From: Patescibacteria group bacterium
GTDB lineage: Bacteria > Patescibacteriota > JABMPQ01
Direction of reading: 5' to 3'
Length of the DNA: 64,000 nt
Assembly: GCA_041749335.1 (NCBI GenBank)
Contig: JBGTBM010000009.1
Coordinates: 64,179-128,178, forward strand
Shown here in pieces: positions 28,815 through 38,514 of the stretch. Numbering within the stretch: position 1 is the first letter of the stretch; every line of letters starts with the position of its first letter. A program made the translations under genes and the position numbers. The notes below the pieces were generated by a model. That model saw only the letters and a program-made list of their open reading frames with translations. It did no database searches and was not told where the DNA came from.

Positions 28815-29972
28815 TTAATGAGGTAATTGTCTATACAAATCATTTATAAAACTTCTAAAAATTTCTAAGCTCTCCATTAAGTCTGTAGAATTTGCGCCTT
28901 CTTCAATAAAATTGAAATATTTAAATATTTTTTGAGGAGATATTTCATGGGTAATATAGCCAAAATCCCTAATCGAACTTTTTTCAATCAATTTTTTAAT
29001 TGATTTCTGATATGATTCTAAATATTCCGTAGAAATTCTATTAAATGGCAAATGCTTATCATAAACAGATATTCCAATATTCCCCTGATTTAAAAATTTT
29101 ACCGTTTCAGTCCAAAAAAATACCAGATATACCAAATCGTTTATATAATTTCTTTTTTTCTTAATTTCTCCTCCCAAATGGCTCTTATTATAATGCACAT
29201 GCGCATGAATAATTTTTGTATTAATTTTATCAATAAATTCTGTAATATGCTCAAAATTATGAATTTTTTCTTTACTTATCCTTCTCATTATTTCTGGATT
29301 GCACGCATTGGTATTCATATGCCCCCAATCAAAAGTTATTTTAAGATTTGGATGATTTATTTTGCTAAAAACATTTTCGAAATCAGTAAAATCATAAAAA
29401 ATCATTTTGCCTTCCGGCTTATAATCCATATTTTCTAAAGTAAGCACAACTTTTTTTTCTTGAGCATAATCAAGATGTGGATTAATATTTTCAATTACGT
29501 TTATTATCGCCTGTTCGCGACTAATTTCTTTTGGACAAAAACCCGGATGAAATACCAGTATTGGATCTTCTTGAGATAATTCACTAACTAAATCAATTTG
29601 CGCTCTTATTGCCGCAAATGTATCAGGATTTTTTTCTGCCAAATTCAAATAATATCCTCGCAAAGATTTCGGACAGCCCTCAAAACAACCATGAAATGTA
29701 TAAATCTTGATTCCGGAATTTATTATTAAGGCTTTTCTATGTTCGTTAACTCGCCAATACTCATCAAAAAGCCCCCATAGGGTTAATTCAATTCCATCGT
29801 AGCCATTGCTTTCAGCAAATATTATTTTTTCAGGTAAACTAAATCTTTTATTTCCAAACTTAAATTTCTTCAAAAATGGCAGCTCTACATTAATTATATC
29901 TGAAATAAAATGAGCCGGAACCGGAACTAGAGCCATGCTATCAATAAGATGCAATATTTTATCTTTTTTCAT
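28815..29972 (-). CDS. Xylose-isomerase-like TIM-barrel protein (sugar phosphate isomerase/epimerase family)
   Basis: 385 aa. Conserved acidic/His positions typical of the AP-endonuclease-2/xylose-isomerase-like fold (LTLENMD, FDWGHMN, HAHVH). Confidence 0.5.
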   Translation of the reverse strand: MKKDKILHLIDSMALVPVPAHFISDIINVELPFLKKFKFGNKRFSLPEKIIFAESNGYDGIELTLWGLFDEYWRVNEHRKALIINSGIKIYTFHGCFEGCPKSLRGYYLNLAEKNPDTFAAIRAQIDLVSELSQEDPILVFHPGFCPKEISREQAIINVIENINPHLDYAQEKKVVLTLENMDYKPEGKMIFYDFTDFENVFSKINHPNLKITFDWGHMNTNACNPEIMRRISKEKIHNFEHITEFIDKINTKIIHAHVHYNKSHLGGEIKKKRNYINDLVYLVFFWTETVKFLNQGNIGISVYDKHLPFNRISTEYLESYQKSIKKLIEKSSIRDFGYITHEISPQKIFKYFNFIEEGANSTDLMESLEIFRSFINDLYRQLPH

Positions 29973-30025
29973 AAATATTCATTACATAAATAAAATAAGC
30001 CAGATTTAAGATAATATCAAGATAA

Positions 30026-30052
30026 CTAAAAAGCCCCTTATTTTGGGCTTTA
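30026..30052 (-). terminator. Intrinsic terminator after the DUF4340-like gene
   Basis: AAGCCC-(loop)-GGGGCTT hairpin on the minus strand, followed by UUUUU (30027-30051). Confidence 0.45.
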
Positions 30053-30056
30053 ATAT

Positions 30057-30584
30057 TTAATCTTCCTTAAGTATTTCATCATCTACCCTCAATCTACTTT
30101 CAAACATGGAGTCTACCAAATATATTTTATTATTTAGAGAAGTTTTAATATATGCTTTTGTTTGTTGAGGATTTAAATTTCCAATAATCAACGAAATTTC
30201 TTCATCGCTATTTTTAGTGAATATTATTTCAGTTGTTGGATTATCTAGCCCATATTCAGCCAAATTATCTGATTCAAATTTCTGTTCAGACTCCGCATTA
30301 TTCACTTCAGTTATTATATCACTTATTTTTTGCTGGCGCGCCTTATATTTTATTGGTTTGATTATTTTCCAATCCTCTCCATCTTTTTTGACTATAGTCT
30401 CCTTATTATCATAAGAGAATTTTATCTGTTTAATTTCACTTTCTTCAATTTGAATAATTTGATAAGTTTCTATTTCTTCCGGGTCCTTTACAAGACGATC
30501 TTTTTCATAAAAATAAACAAATAAGAACAATACTGCAAAAATTGCGATTAATATGTATGTAGTTCTAAATTTTTTTGATGACAT
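30057..30584 (-). CDS. DUF4340-like N-terminally anchored protein (partner of GldG-type ABC-2 systems)
   Basis: 175 aa. Single N-terminal TM and an acidic extracytoplasmic domain. Sits directly downstream of the GldG-like gene. Confidence 0.5.
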   Translation of the reverse strand: MSSKKFRTTYILIAIFAVLFLFVYFYEKDRLVKDPEEIETYQIIQIEESEIKQIKFSYDNKETIVKKDGEDWKIIKPIKYKARQQKISDIITEVNNAESEQKFESDNLAEYGLDNPTTEIIFTKNSDEEISLIIGNLNPQQTKAYIKTSLNNKIYLVDSMFESRLRVDDEILKED

Positions 30585-30590
30585 TGTAAT

Positions 30591-32075
30591 TTATCTTTTC
30601 GTTTTTCTTTTGCGATCCATCCAAACTCCGATACCAATAATAATTATAATTAAGGGCATGCCGATTACCGTCAAATAGAAAATTAATTTTGATTGTGAAC
30701 CGGTTAAGGTTACTGTCCTTTGCTCTTCTTGTTTTGGCCTGATTGATATAAGATCCTCTTCTTCTGCCAACCAATTTATTGAATTTATAAAAAGGTCAAA
30801 ATTACCCAAGGAATTAGCAAAAATATTATTAGCAAAATCGGAATCTCCCATTACTACAATTCTCGGACTATTATTTTCCGTTTCTTTCTTTTCCTCGGAA
30901 TCAGCCTGTTCCTCTTCTTTATTTATGCCTTGGACCGCTAAAGCGATCGAAATAGGACCTTTCACATCTTGACCTTCATTGTATTTAGCCTTGCCCGATG
31001 TCAATTCTTTTTCCAACCAAGAATCACTTGAAGTTTTGGCTAAGGGCTGGACTTCCACATTTTTTGGATGTTCGGCCGCCTGATCTACCTTGGCTACACC
31101 GGAAAAAAACGCCGGGGATATACTAGAGGTAATCTGATGATTTTCCCATTTTTCAATCACTGGACTGCCGACATCCGTCCAAAAATATTTTGCGGGATCA
31201 ATCACGACGCCGTCCTCAATCTCCACTCCCCATTTATACAATAGATCACTTAAATTTGATTTTGATTTTATCTCGGTTGACGGATCAATCAGTGCCATCA
31301 TCTTTCCACCATCATCTAAATATTTTCGCAGTAAATCCTGCTCTTTATCGAGAACCTTCTCCTTGGGTCCGGCGATAACTATTACATCAGCATCTTCTGG
31401 TATTTTTTTCTCTGTAATTAAAGATAGCTTTTTTACCACATATCCTTCTCGCTCTAATAAATCTTTAATTGTTGCATAGCCTAACTCCGTCATTGCATCA
31501 ATATCCTTTTCATTATGGCCTGATAAGAAGTATATCGACTTGATTTCATCGCGTGATAATTTTAAAAGGCTGGAAGTGATATCGGCTTCGGAGTAAGTCA
31601 AGGCCTGTTCTTTTTTATCTCCTTGCTCAAAAATCAGCGTGCCATATCTGGTAATGCCAAATTTTAATGCTTCGGCCGGTTTTACATCGGGATCAATAAA
31701 TTCAATAGAAATTTTATTATTTTTTGCCTTATATTCATTAATCAAATCTTCAACTTCTCCTCTTTGTGAATTATTGGTTTGAAAAAATCCGATAATTTTT
31801 ATATCTTCATCAATATTATTCAAAACTTTTAAAGTTTGATCCGATAGTGAATACTTTTTTATTTTAGTTAAATCCCAACGGATAGATTCCTTTTGAGCGA
31901 TAAAATTCACTAAAATCAATATCCCCAACATAACCACTAAAGCTAAAAAGGTATTGCTACCGTATTTTGTCTGGCGCAAGCCTAAAAGCTTAATAAGCCA
32001 TTTAAACTTAAAAAACTCTTTCACCTTTGTGGCCTTGCCGGTCTTTTTTTCAATTATTTCTGTTTTTTCTTCCAT
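30591..32075 (-). CDS. GldG-like ABC-2 transporter auxiliary protein
   Basis: 494 aa with N- and C-terminal TM segments flanking a large extracytoplasmic domain. Follows the ABC ATPase and ABC-2 permease. Confidence 0.6.
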   Translation of the reverse strand: MEEKTEIIEKKTGKATKVKEFFKFKWLIKLLGLRQTKYGSNTFLALVVMLGILILVNFIAQKESIRWDLTKIKKYSLSDQTLKVLNNIDEDIKIIGFFQTNNSQRGEVEDLINEYKAKNNKISIEFIDPDVKPAEALKFGITRYGTLIFEQGDKKEQALTYSEADITSSLLKLSRDEIKSIYFLSGHNEKDIDAMTELGYATIKDLLEREGYVVKKLSLITEKKIPEDADVIVIAGPKEKVLDKEQDLLRKYLDDGGKMMALIDPSTEIKSKSNLSDLLYKWGVEIEDGVVIDPAKYFWTDVGSPVIEKWENHQITSSISPAFFSGVAKVDQAAEHPKNVEVQPLAKTSSDSWLEKELTSGKAKYNEGQDVKGPISIALAVQGINKEEEQADSEEKKETENNSPRIVVMGDSDFANNIFANSLGNFDLFINSINWLAEEEDLISIRPKQEEQRTVTLTGSQSKLIFYLTVIGMPLIIIIIGIGVWMDRKRKTKR

Positions 32076-32084
32076 AATATATTT

Positions 32085-32795
32085 TTATTTCCATTTTCTT
32101 ACTTCAATAGCTTTTATACTGGCAAATAGCCAAAAAACTACAAAACTAAGATAATAAGACAAATTTTTAATATCCACCACTCCTTTAATAAAATCATCCA
32201 AGTGCGTTGAAAGCGCCAAATAATTTAACAAATTTTGCATACTTTCACCAACATAACCGGCTAGCCAATTTAAAATCCACAAAAGTAAAACAAAAGAAAA
32301 TCCAATCACGGCTGAAATTATTTGATTTTCGGTTAAAGTGGAAGCAAATATTCCCAAGGCAATAAAAGCCATCCCGCACATAAATACTCCGATATAAGAT
32401 GTAATAATCGGTCCGATATCCGGGTTTCCATATTTAAATAATATTAAAACATATACCAAAGTAGATAAAAGCATTAAGCCAAATAACGATAAAGCGGCAA
32501 AAAACTTACCTAAAACCACTTCAAAATCTTTGACGGGTTTAGTCATAAGAATTTCCAGCGTTCCTAGCTTTTTTTCTTCCGCGAAAAGCTTCATGGTAAT
32601 AAGCGGAATCAAGAACAGCAGGGTAATAATCATATTGTAAGCCACGCCGGTTAACGATGCCTCTTTGGTAACAAATAAAATCGCGGAAAAGAAATATCCA
32701 CATAAAATCAGAAACAACACAAAAACCACATACGCGATCGGAGATGTAAAATACGACCTTAATTCCTTATATGCGATTGTTAGAATATTTTTCAT
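32085..32795 (-). CDS. ABC-2 type transporter permease (GldF-like)
   Basis: 236 aa, 6 predicted TM helices. Confidence 0.7.
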   Translation of the reverse strand: MKNILTIAYKELRSYFTSPIAYVVFVLFLILCGYFFSAILFVTKEASLTGVAYNMIITLLFLIPLITMKLFAEEKKLGTLEILMTKPVKDFEVVLGKFFAALSLFGLMLLSTLVYVLILFKYGNPDIGPIITSYIGVFMCGMAFIALGIFASTLTENQIISAVIGFSFVLLLWILNWLAGYVGESMQNLLNYLALSTHLDDFIKGVVDIKNLSYYLSFVVFWLFASIKAIEVRKWK

Positions 32796-32810
32796 TTAAT
32801 ATTTAATCTA

Positions 32811-33782
32811 TTATTCTTTAGTGGTTAGTTTTAAGAAAATTTCCTCCAGGCCTAAGACTTCTCGGCGCATTTCCAACAGATGCCAATTGTTGCCGACTAC
32901 CACTTGAGCCAGCTTGCTTCTTACGTCTATATTTTTTTGTGATTCTACCTCTATATCAATCAAATCACCTTGATGCATTTTTAGTATATTTACATTTATA
33001 ACGCCATCAATTCCGGTCAATATAGTTTTTATGCTATCTCCGGGGCCTTTGATGGTAAGTAAAACTTTGGCAACTCCCGAAACTTTATTTTCCAAATTAT
33101 CCGGTGTATCTTCAGCCACAATCTTACCGCGTGAAATAATTATCACCCGAGAACAAGTAACAGACACCTCCGGCAAAATATGGGTGCTCAAAATAATGGT
33201 CTTTTCTTTACCTAAATTTTTTATAAGTTCTCTGATTTCGATAATTTGCTTGGGGTCAAGCCCGATTGTCGGCTCATCCATAATTAAATATTCCGGATCG
33301 CCAATTAAGGCTTGCGCGATACCAACACGCTGTTTATATCCCTTTGATAAGCTTTTAATCCTCGATCTTTTCACTTCATCCAAGCCGCAAACTTCAATAA
33401 TTTTTTTAAGATGCTTGGGTTTTTTTTCTTTAGCTACATTTTTTAAGCTAGCGATAAACTTTAAAAAATCCTCCACGTCCATATCAAGATAAATGGGATT
33501 ATTTTCTGGGAGATAGCCAATCATTTTTCTGATTGCCAAAGAATCTTCTAATATATTATATCCGCCAATTTTCACTACACCGCTGGTCGGCGGAAAGTAT
33601 CCGGTTAAAATACGCATTGTAGTAGTTTTGCCCGCGCCGTTAGGCCCTAGAAAACCGACTACTTCCCCCTTCTCAACTTTAAAAGACACTTTGTCAAGCG
33701 CCTGAAAACTGCCATATTTTTTTGATAAATCCTTAACTTCAATCATTAAAATATTTAAGCTTGTTATATTAAAATAATACAT
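32811..33782 (-). CDS. ABC transporter ATP-binding protein (GldA-like)
   Basis: Walker A GPNGAGKTTT, signature LSKGYKQRV, Walker B LIMDEPTIGLD. The true start is probably the internal Met (MIEVKDLSKKYG) near 33746. Confidence 0.85.
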   Translation of the reverse strand: MYYFNITSLNILMIEVKDLSKKYGSFQALDKVSFKVEKGEVVGFLGPNGAGKTTTMRILTGYFPPTSGVVKIGGYNILEDSLAIRKMIGYLPENNPIYLDMDVEDFLKFIASLKNVAKEKKPKHLKKIIEVCGLDEVKRSRIKSLSKGYKQRVGIAQALIGDPEYLIMDEPTIGLDPKQIIEIRELIKNLGKEKTIILSTHILPEVSVTCSRVIIISRGKIVAEDTPDNLENKVSGVAKVLLTIKGPGDSIKTILTGIDGVINVNILKMHQGDLIDIEVESQKNIDVRSKLAQVVVGNNWHLLEMRREVLGLEEIFLKLTTKE

Positions 33783-33821
33783 TAAAAAAATAAGTCAAAC
33801 CAATAACTGTGGAAAAGCAAC

Positions 33822-35150
33822 TTATTTTTTGTCTTTTCGACTATCTAATTTTTTTTTTATAAAAATACCAAAAAATATCACCGCCATAAATCCTAAAGTT
33901 CCTACTATTATTCTCATCACCCAAGAAGTAAATTCCGGTACCGCCGGTCCTCCCGGCGCGTCTTCTTGTCCAATAATGGCGGTACCATAATTTGAATTTC
34001 CGCCATCACTATATGTTATAATAAATAGCTGGGAAGTGTTGGGAATATAAGAAATATGATTGTATTGAGTTGTACTTGAATTATAAACACTGGCTAAACC
34101 ATGAGATATTACATCATTAGTAACAATACCGGTTATTGAAGTTCCATATGAACTATTTCCTACATCCGTATAAGCCACATTAATAGTGTATTCATTGAGG
34201 GCCGCAACATCGATATGGTCAGTTGCGGCATCATTAAATTTATCTCTGGTTCCAAAAATAATTGAATTGCCAGACACTTCACCAATAATTGAATAACCTC
34301 TACTTAAATCCGCATTATCACTATATGAGATAACGAATTTATTATCATTTAATTTATCAATCATCTCTCGCTGAACAGCTCCAGTGTCAAAAACTGTTTC
34401 CGATCCTCCGAATGTTATAACATTACCCGAGACAGTGCCAATTTTAGCCGCTCCATCGCTTGTTGCTTCTAAATCATGATATGCAACGACGAACTTAAAA
34501 TTCGAATCTTCAACTAAGGAGGCGACAACGTTTCGATCAACGCCCGCTCCGGCATCTTTATGTTTTACTGGTGACCCAAAAGTTATTATTTTGTTTGAAA
34601 CATCAGTGATATCCCCAATTACCGAATAACCATCACCGTCAGAAGTTTGCTTATAAGTCACAACAAATTTTGTATCTGATAATCGATCAACGTGTGGCTC
34701 AACTACAGCTACGCCGGGACTAGTACCCCATTTATATTCACTACCTACAGTTAGAGTGCCAGCGCTAATACTTCCGTATACCGCCGTACCATAATCATAA
34801 CTCCCCATATCATTATATACTATTACAAAACTCGTATCTGTTAATCTGGCTATTTGAATATATCCCGTATTAGCATTATTGAATGTTACAACGGTAGAGC
34901 AAGAAGTTATCGTTGTTCCCGTATGATCACAATAGCGAACAGTGCCAGTTCTAACAACTGAACCCGATCTAACAGCTGCAACAAAACGACCATCGTATAG
35001 CGCGGTAACATCATTCTGATATGTAGTAGCGGTTCTTATAACCATTTCACTACCAAAATTTAAAGCAGCTTTAGTATGATTCATAGTAAATAAAATTGCG
35101 GATAAACTGATAATGCAAATAATTACGCTAATTTTTCTAAAATATTTCAT
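33822..35150 (-). CDS. Secreted repeat protein (6-7 approx. 50-aa beta-propeller-like repeats) with a C-terminal PEF-TM-basic tripartite anchor
   Basis: N-terminal signal peptide. Repeated FV(V/I)xYxD...YG(T/S)A...G units. C-terminus ...AVPEFTSWVMRIIVGTLGFMAVIFFGIFIKKKLDSRKDKK. GC-richer than its surroundings. Confidence 0.6.
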   Translation of the reverse strand: MKYFRKISVIICIISLSAILFTMNHTKAALNFGSEMVIRTATTYQNDVTALYDGRFVAAVRSGSVVRTGTVRYCDHTGTTITSCSTVVTFNNANTGYIQIARLTDTSFVIVYNDMGSYDYGTAVYGSISAGTLTVGSEYKWGTSPGVAVVEPHVDRLSDTKFVVTYKQTSDGDGYSVIGDITDVSNKIITFGSPVKHKDAGAGVDRNVVASLVEDSNFKFVVAYHDLEATSDGAAKIGTVSGNVITFGGSETVFDTGAVQREMIDKLNDNKFVISYSDNADLSRGYSIIGEVSGNSIIFGTRDKFNDAATDHIDVAALNEYTINVAYTDVGNSSYGTSITGIVTNDVISHGLASVYNSSTTQYNHISYIPNTSQLFIITYSDGGNSNYGTAIIGQEDAPGGPAVPEFTSWVMRIIVGTLGFMAVIFFGIFIKKKLDSRKDKK

Positions 35151-35151
35151 T

Positions 35152-36009
35152 TTATAGGGTTATTAACATAGCAATTATAAATCCAATCGCCGCGCCTCCT
35201 GCGATAGGAGGCAGAGCTGCCATCGCTTGAGCATTTTTAGCATATTTTTGATACAAATTTATTACTATCAATCCCGCAAAAGCGCCAACAATAATTAATA
35301 TCGAATGCAACATGCCAAACTTTAAAGCCGATACTGAAAATACGATTGGGAAAGCTAGATCCCCCGTACCTAAAAACAAGAAATGATCGCCGGGCTTTGC
35401 TTTGTCCATATTGGCAAAAAGCAATCTTATTTTATTGGGGATTATAATAGAAAACATTGCTCCCTTTTCCGCCATCTTAGTAAACATTTCCACCATATGG
35501 CCGGTTTTATGCACCGCAATAAAATCATATATAACCAGAATAAGTAGAATTATTAAAGTCTGTGTGACCGATAAGCCTAAACCTAAATATGAACTAATAC
35601 CGATAATGGATAAAATCAATGTCAAATTGTGTAAAAATACATTCTTTTTATAATACCTTATTATAATTAATATCGTAGTCAAAAGCAAATTAATTTCTAG
35701 AGGTATAAAAACATCAAAAAAAGTTAAAATTCCAAAAAACAGCAAGAAATAAAAAATTAATTTAAAAAATGTTTCCTTTTTTGCATATTTTATCAATAAT
35801 AAAAGTAAGGCAGTACCAATTGAAAAGGAAATTATAAAATTAAGAATCGAGATATCCTGTTCTTCAATAATCTGTCTCACTTCTTCAATATTAAATAAAA
35901 CATAGCCAATATATAATCCTAAAAACTGTGTAATCAAAAATGAGACTGTTTCAATTATGACAAATGGCATGTTGTATTTGTTTTTTTGTTTTTTTGTTTT
36001 CTTTTTCAA
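35152..36009 (-). CDS. Presenilin/signal-peptide-peptidase-like GxGD intramembrane aspartyl protease (A22 family homolog)
   Basis: 285 aa polytopic protein. YD motif (LVIYDFIAV), LGTGD motif about 60 aa later, and an ALP(P) PAL-like motif about 43 aa after that. No Cys. Confidence 0.6.
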   Translation of the reverse strand: MKKKTKKQKNKYNMPFVIIETVSFLITQFLGLYIGYVLFNIEEVRQIIEEQDISILNFIISFSIGTALLLLLIKYAKKETFFKLIFYFLLFFGILTFFDVFIPLEINLLLTTILIIIRYYKKNVFLHNLTLILSIIGISSYLGLGLSVTQTLIILLILVIYDFIAVHKTGHMVEMFTKMAEKGAMFSIIIPNKIRLLFANMDKAKPGDHFLFLGTGDLAFPIVFSVSALKFGMLHSILIIVGAFAGLIVINLYQKYAKNAQAMAALPPIAGGAAIGFIIAMLITL

Positions 36010-36296
36010 TTGCCTATTTAAATTGATATAAATTCTGAGAAAATTTTATTGTCTTATTAGTTAATATAGTAAGACCTTCGGTATTTAGCAAGTTAATTTT
36101 CTTTTTATCTTCTTGATTTTATTTAATGATCTCTCTATTGAATTTTACTGTATAATACTATGAAATTTTAATATTACCAACATTACTGCTAAGAATTCGT
36201 AACTACCCTGGATATAGCAGGATTACCTATATAAACAACAATTTCAAATAACCTCGTCCTAAATAAATTTTATCAATAAATAAAAAAACCAATAAT

Positions 36297-37208
36297 TTAT
36301 TCGTCCTGCTTTTCATAAATTTTTTCCTGAGCAATTTTGATCACTTCCGGCAAAATATCAATAACATCAGAAGCAATTACAGATTTTTCACCAATTTTTT
36401 CTGTCGCAACATCTCCCGCCAAACCATGTAAATATACTGCGGTGGAAGTTGCGTCAAAGGGTTTTTTAATATTATCAGCCCAGAATGCCGCTATTACCCC
36501 CAGCAAAACATCGCCGGTTCCGGCAGTAGCAAGAGACGGTCCGCCGGTCATATTAATTATGGTGCGGCCATCGGGATACGCAATTACGGTATGATACCCC
36601 TTTAATACCAATATCACCTTCCATTCCTTGGCATATCTACGGGCAATGCCATCTCGATCATTTTGAATTTCATTAATGGATAGGCCGCTTAGATTTGACA
36701 TCTCGCCAGGATGAGGAGTAATAATGGTCTTTTTAATTCTTTTTTTTAAAATACCAGCATTATTTTTTAAAGCGTTTAGAGCATCCGCGTCTATTACCAG
36801 CGGTTTTTGGACCTTGAGAATAAAATTCCTTATTAGCTGCGCAGTATCTTTATTTTGAGATAATCCGGGGCCGATTGCCACTACATCATATCCTTTTGAT
36901 TTTTTAATCAATAAATCCAATGCCTCTTCGCTCAACGTGCCCGCCTTTGTTTGGAGACACGGCACTGTTGTTACTTCTAAAAGCAATTCTCGATAAATAT
37001 TAGCCAATTTTTCCGGAAATGCCAAAGTAACATATCCCGCTCCGGAACGCATAGCCGCCTTAGCGGTAAGCGCAGCCGCACCGGTCATATTGCGAGACCC
37101 TGCGATAATAAATACTTTCCCGCAGGCTTTTTTATGAGTATTTTTTGATCTTTTGCCAAGAATCTGTGGAAAAAGTATCCGATCTTGATTAATGGGTTCT
37201 ACATGCAT
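36297..37208 (-). CDS. nnrD: ADP-dependent NAD(P)H-hydrate dehydratase (YjeF C-terminal domain)
   Basis: 303 aa, GKVFIIAGSRNMTGAAAL...GPGLSQ...GGPSLATAGTGDVLLGVIAA. Matches the YjeF-C signature. Confidence 0.8.
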   Translation of the reverse strand: MHVEPINQDRILFPQILGKRSKNTHKKACGKVFIIAGSRNMTGAAALTAKAAMRSGAGYVTLAFPEKLANIYRELLLEVTTVPCLQTKAGTLSEEALDLLIKKSKGYDVVAIGPGLSQNKDTAQLIRNFILKVQKPLVIDADALNALKNNAGILKKRIKKTIITPHPGEMSNLSGLSINEIQNDRDGIARRYAKEWKVILVLKGYHTVIAYPDGRTIINMTGGPSLATAGTGDVLLGVIAAFWADNIKKPFDATSTAVYLHGLAGDVATEKIGEKSVIASDVIDILPEVIKIAQEKIYEKQDE

Positions 37209-37261
37209 TATTGTTTTATATTTTTTTCAGAATAATTATAACATAAATACATACTATTTTA

Positions 37262-37432
37262 TATTGTATCATTTTCTTGTTCAGACTCATTTTTAATTTC
37301 TTGTTCTTCTGCCACTTTTGGATTTAGATCTTCTTTTTTTTCAAAAAAAGGAGCGATAATATAAACTCCCAGCAGCGATAGTGCGGTTATAAAAAAAATT
37401 ACCGGCAATGCTTTTAAAATAATTTTTCTCAT
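37262..37432 (-). CDS. Possible small membrane protein (56 aa), not in the ORF track
   Basis: Minus-strand ORF MRKIILKALPVIFFITALSLLGVYIIAPFFEKKEDLNPKVAEEQEIKNESEQENDTI. Fills the gap between nnrD and the first PEP-utiliser paralog. Confidence 0.25.
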
Positions 37433-37443
37433 AATATTAACAA

Positions 37444-38499
37444 TTATAACTTTCTAACAATCCCCTTGTCTGCATTAACCTCTACATCATCGCCGTCCTT
37501 AAATACTTTAGAAGCAATTTTGGTTCCAATTACACAAGGCTTTTTCATTTCCCGCGTGATAATTGCCGCATGACATAATACTCCTCCAGCATCAGTTACA
37601 ACAGCCGCGGCTTTTTTTATCAGTGGTAAATAATCTGGTCGTGTCATTTCTGCCACTAAAATATCTCCATCATTAAAATCAGCTACTGAAGTCGGATCTA
37701 AAATTACTCGGACTTTTCCCCTTACAAATCCAGAATAACCAGCCTGACCCTTAACTTCATCGCCGTCTTCATCTCCAAGAATGATTTTTTTTAAGTTTAT
37801 GGCTTCCAACCCTAGCCATGATTCTCTCATGCCTTTGTTAAAAGTTAAAATGCTTTCTTGATGCCTTTTTTGTAATATATTTTTCTGAGGTAAATTTCCA
37901 TTTTTTAAATATTCTTCAAATTCTTCTGACAGCATTGCTAAAATCAAATCTGATTTATACCCAGTTTTTTTGCTTATAATTTTTACTAACGCATCCATAT
38001 ATTCTTCCGAACGGGTAAAAACCGGCTCTGCGTAAACACGAGCTTCCTCCATCATCTTTGAATATTTTTCCTTCTCTTTTTCGCTAAAAACATCAATGAT
38101 ATTTTTCACTACGACGTGGGGTGAATAATAATTAAATAATGCATCAATATATTCTCTAAACTCTTTGAAGGTAACTTCTTTCCCCTCGTCACGATTTATA
38201 ATCGCTAAGTAATTATCAGTTTCTTCTTTTAATAACTCACAAATTTTGTAAATAGAAAGCTCACCGGATTCAATTGAACTTTTTACCTCATTACAAAATT
38301 TTATTTTATCTGACTTGCGAATACAGGCCGTAGTAAGTCCTTCTTTGTAAAGAAAAGCGACCCGGGGAATAAACATGTCAACTTTTGGCATATAGGGCTT
38401 TCTCATATATTGTTTACCAAAATATGAATCGCTTAATAAGCTAAAGCCACCGGCCCAATAAACTATCCAGTCGTCTGCTTTAAATTTCTCTATCGTCAT
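37444..38499 (-). CDS. PEP-utilizing-enzyme mobile (phosphohistidine swivel) domain protein, paralog A, with an unknown about 250-aa N-terminal domain
   Basis: C-terminal about 90 aa: GDILVAEMTRPDYLPLIKKAAAVVTDAGGVLCHAAIITREMKKPCVIGT. This is the PPDK/PEP-synthase phospho-His motif. No ATP-grasp GGK motif in the N-terminus. Confidence 0.65.
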   Translation of the reverse strand: MTIEKFKADDWIVYWAGGFSLLSDSYFGKQYMRKPYMPKVDMFIPRVAFLYKEGLTTACIRKSDKIKFCNEVKSSIESGELSIYKICELLKEETDNYLAIINRDEGKEVTFKEFREYIDALFNYYSPHVVVKNIIDVFSEKEKEKYSKMMEEARVYAEPVFTRSEEYMDALVKIISKKTGYKSDLILAMLSEEFEEYLKNGNLPQKNILQKRHQESILTFNKGMRESWLGLEAINLKKIILGDEDGDEVKGQAGYSGFVRGKVRVILDPTSVADFNDGDILVAEMTRPDYLPLIKKAAAVVTDAGGVLCHAAIITREMKKPCVIGTKIASKVFKDGDDVEVNADKGIVRKL

Positions 38500-38514
38500 A
38501 TTTTAAAATATTTA

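Noticed and set aside
36010-36296. 288-nt AT-rich intergenic region between the presenilin-like gene and nnrD, considered as a possible ncRNA/riboswitch
   Set aside because: Only short, AT-only stems and a 7-nt direct repeat (TCGTCCT) were found. No conserved RNA motif is recognisable. More likely promoter/terminator space.
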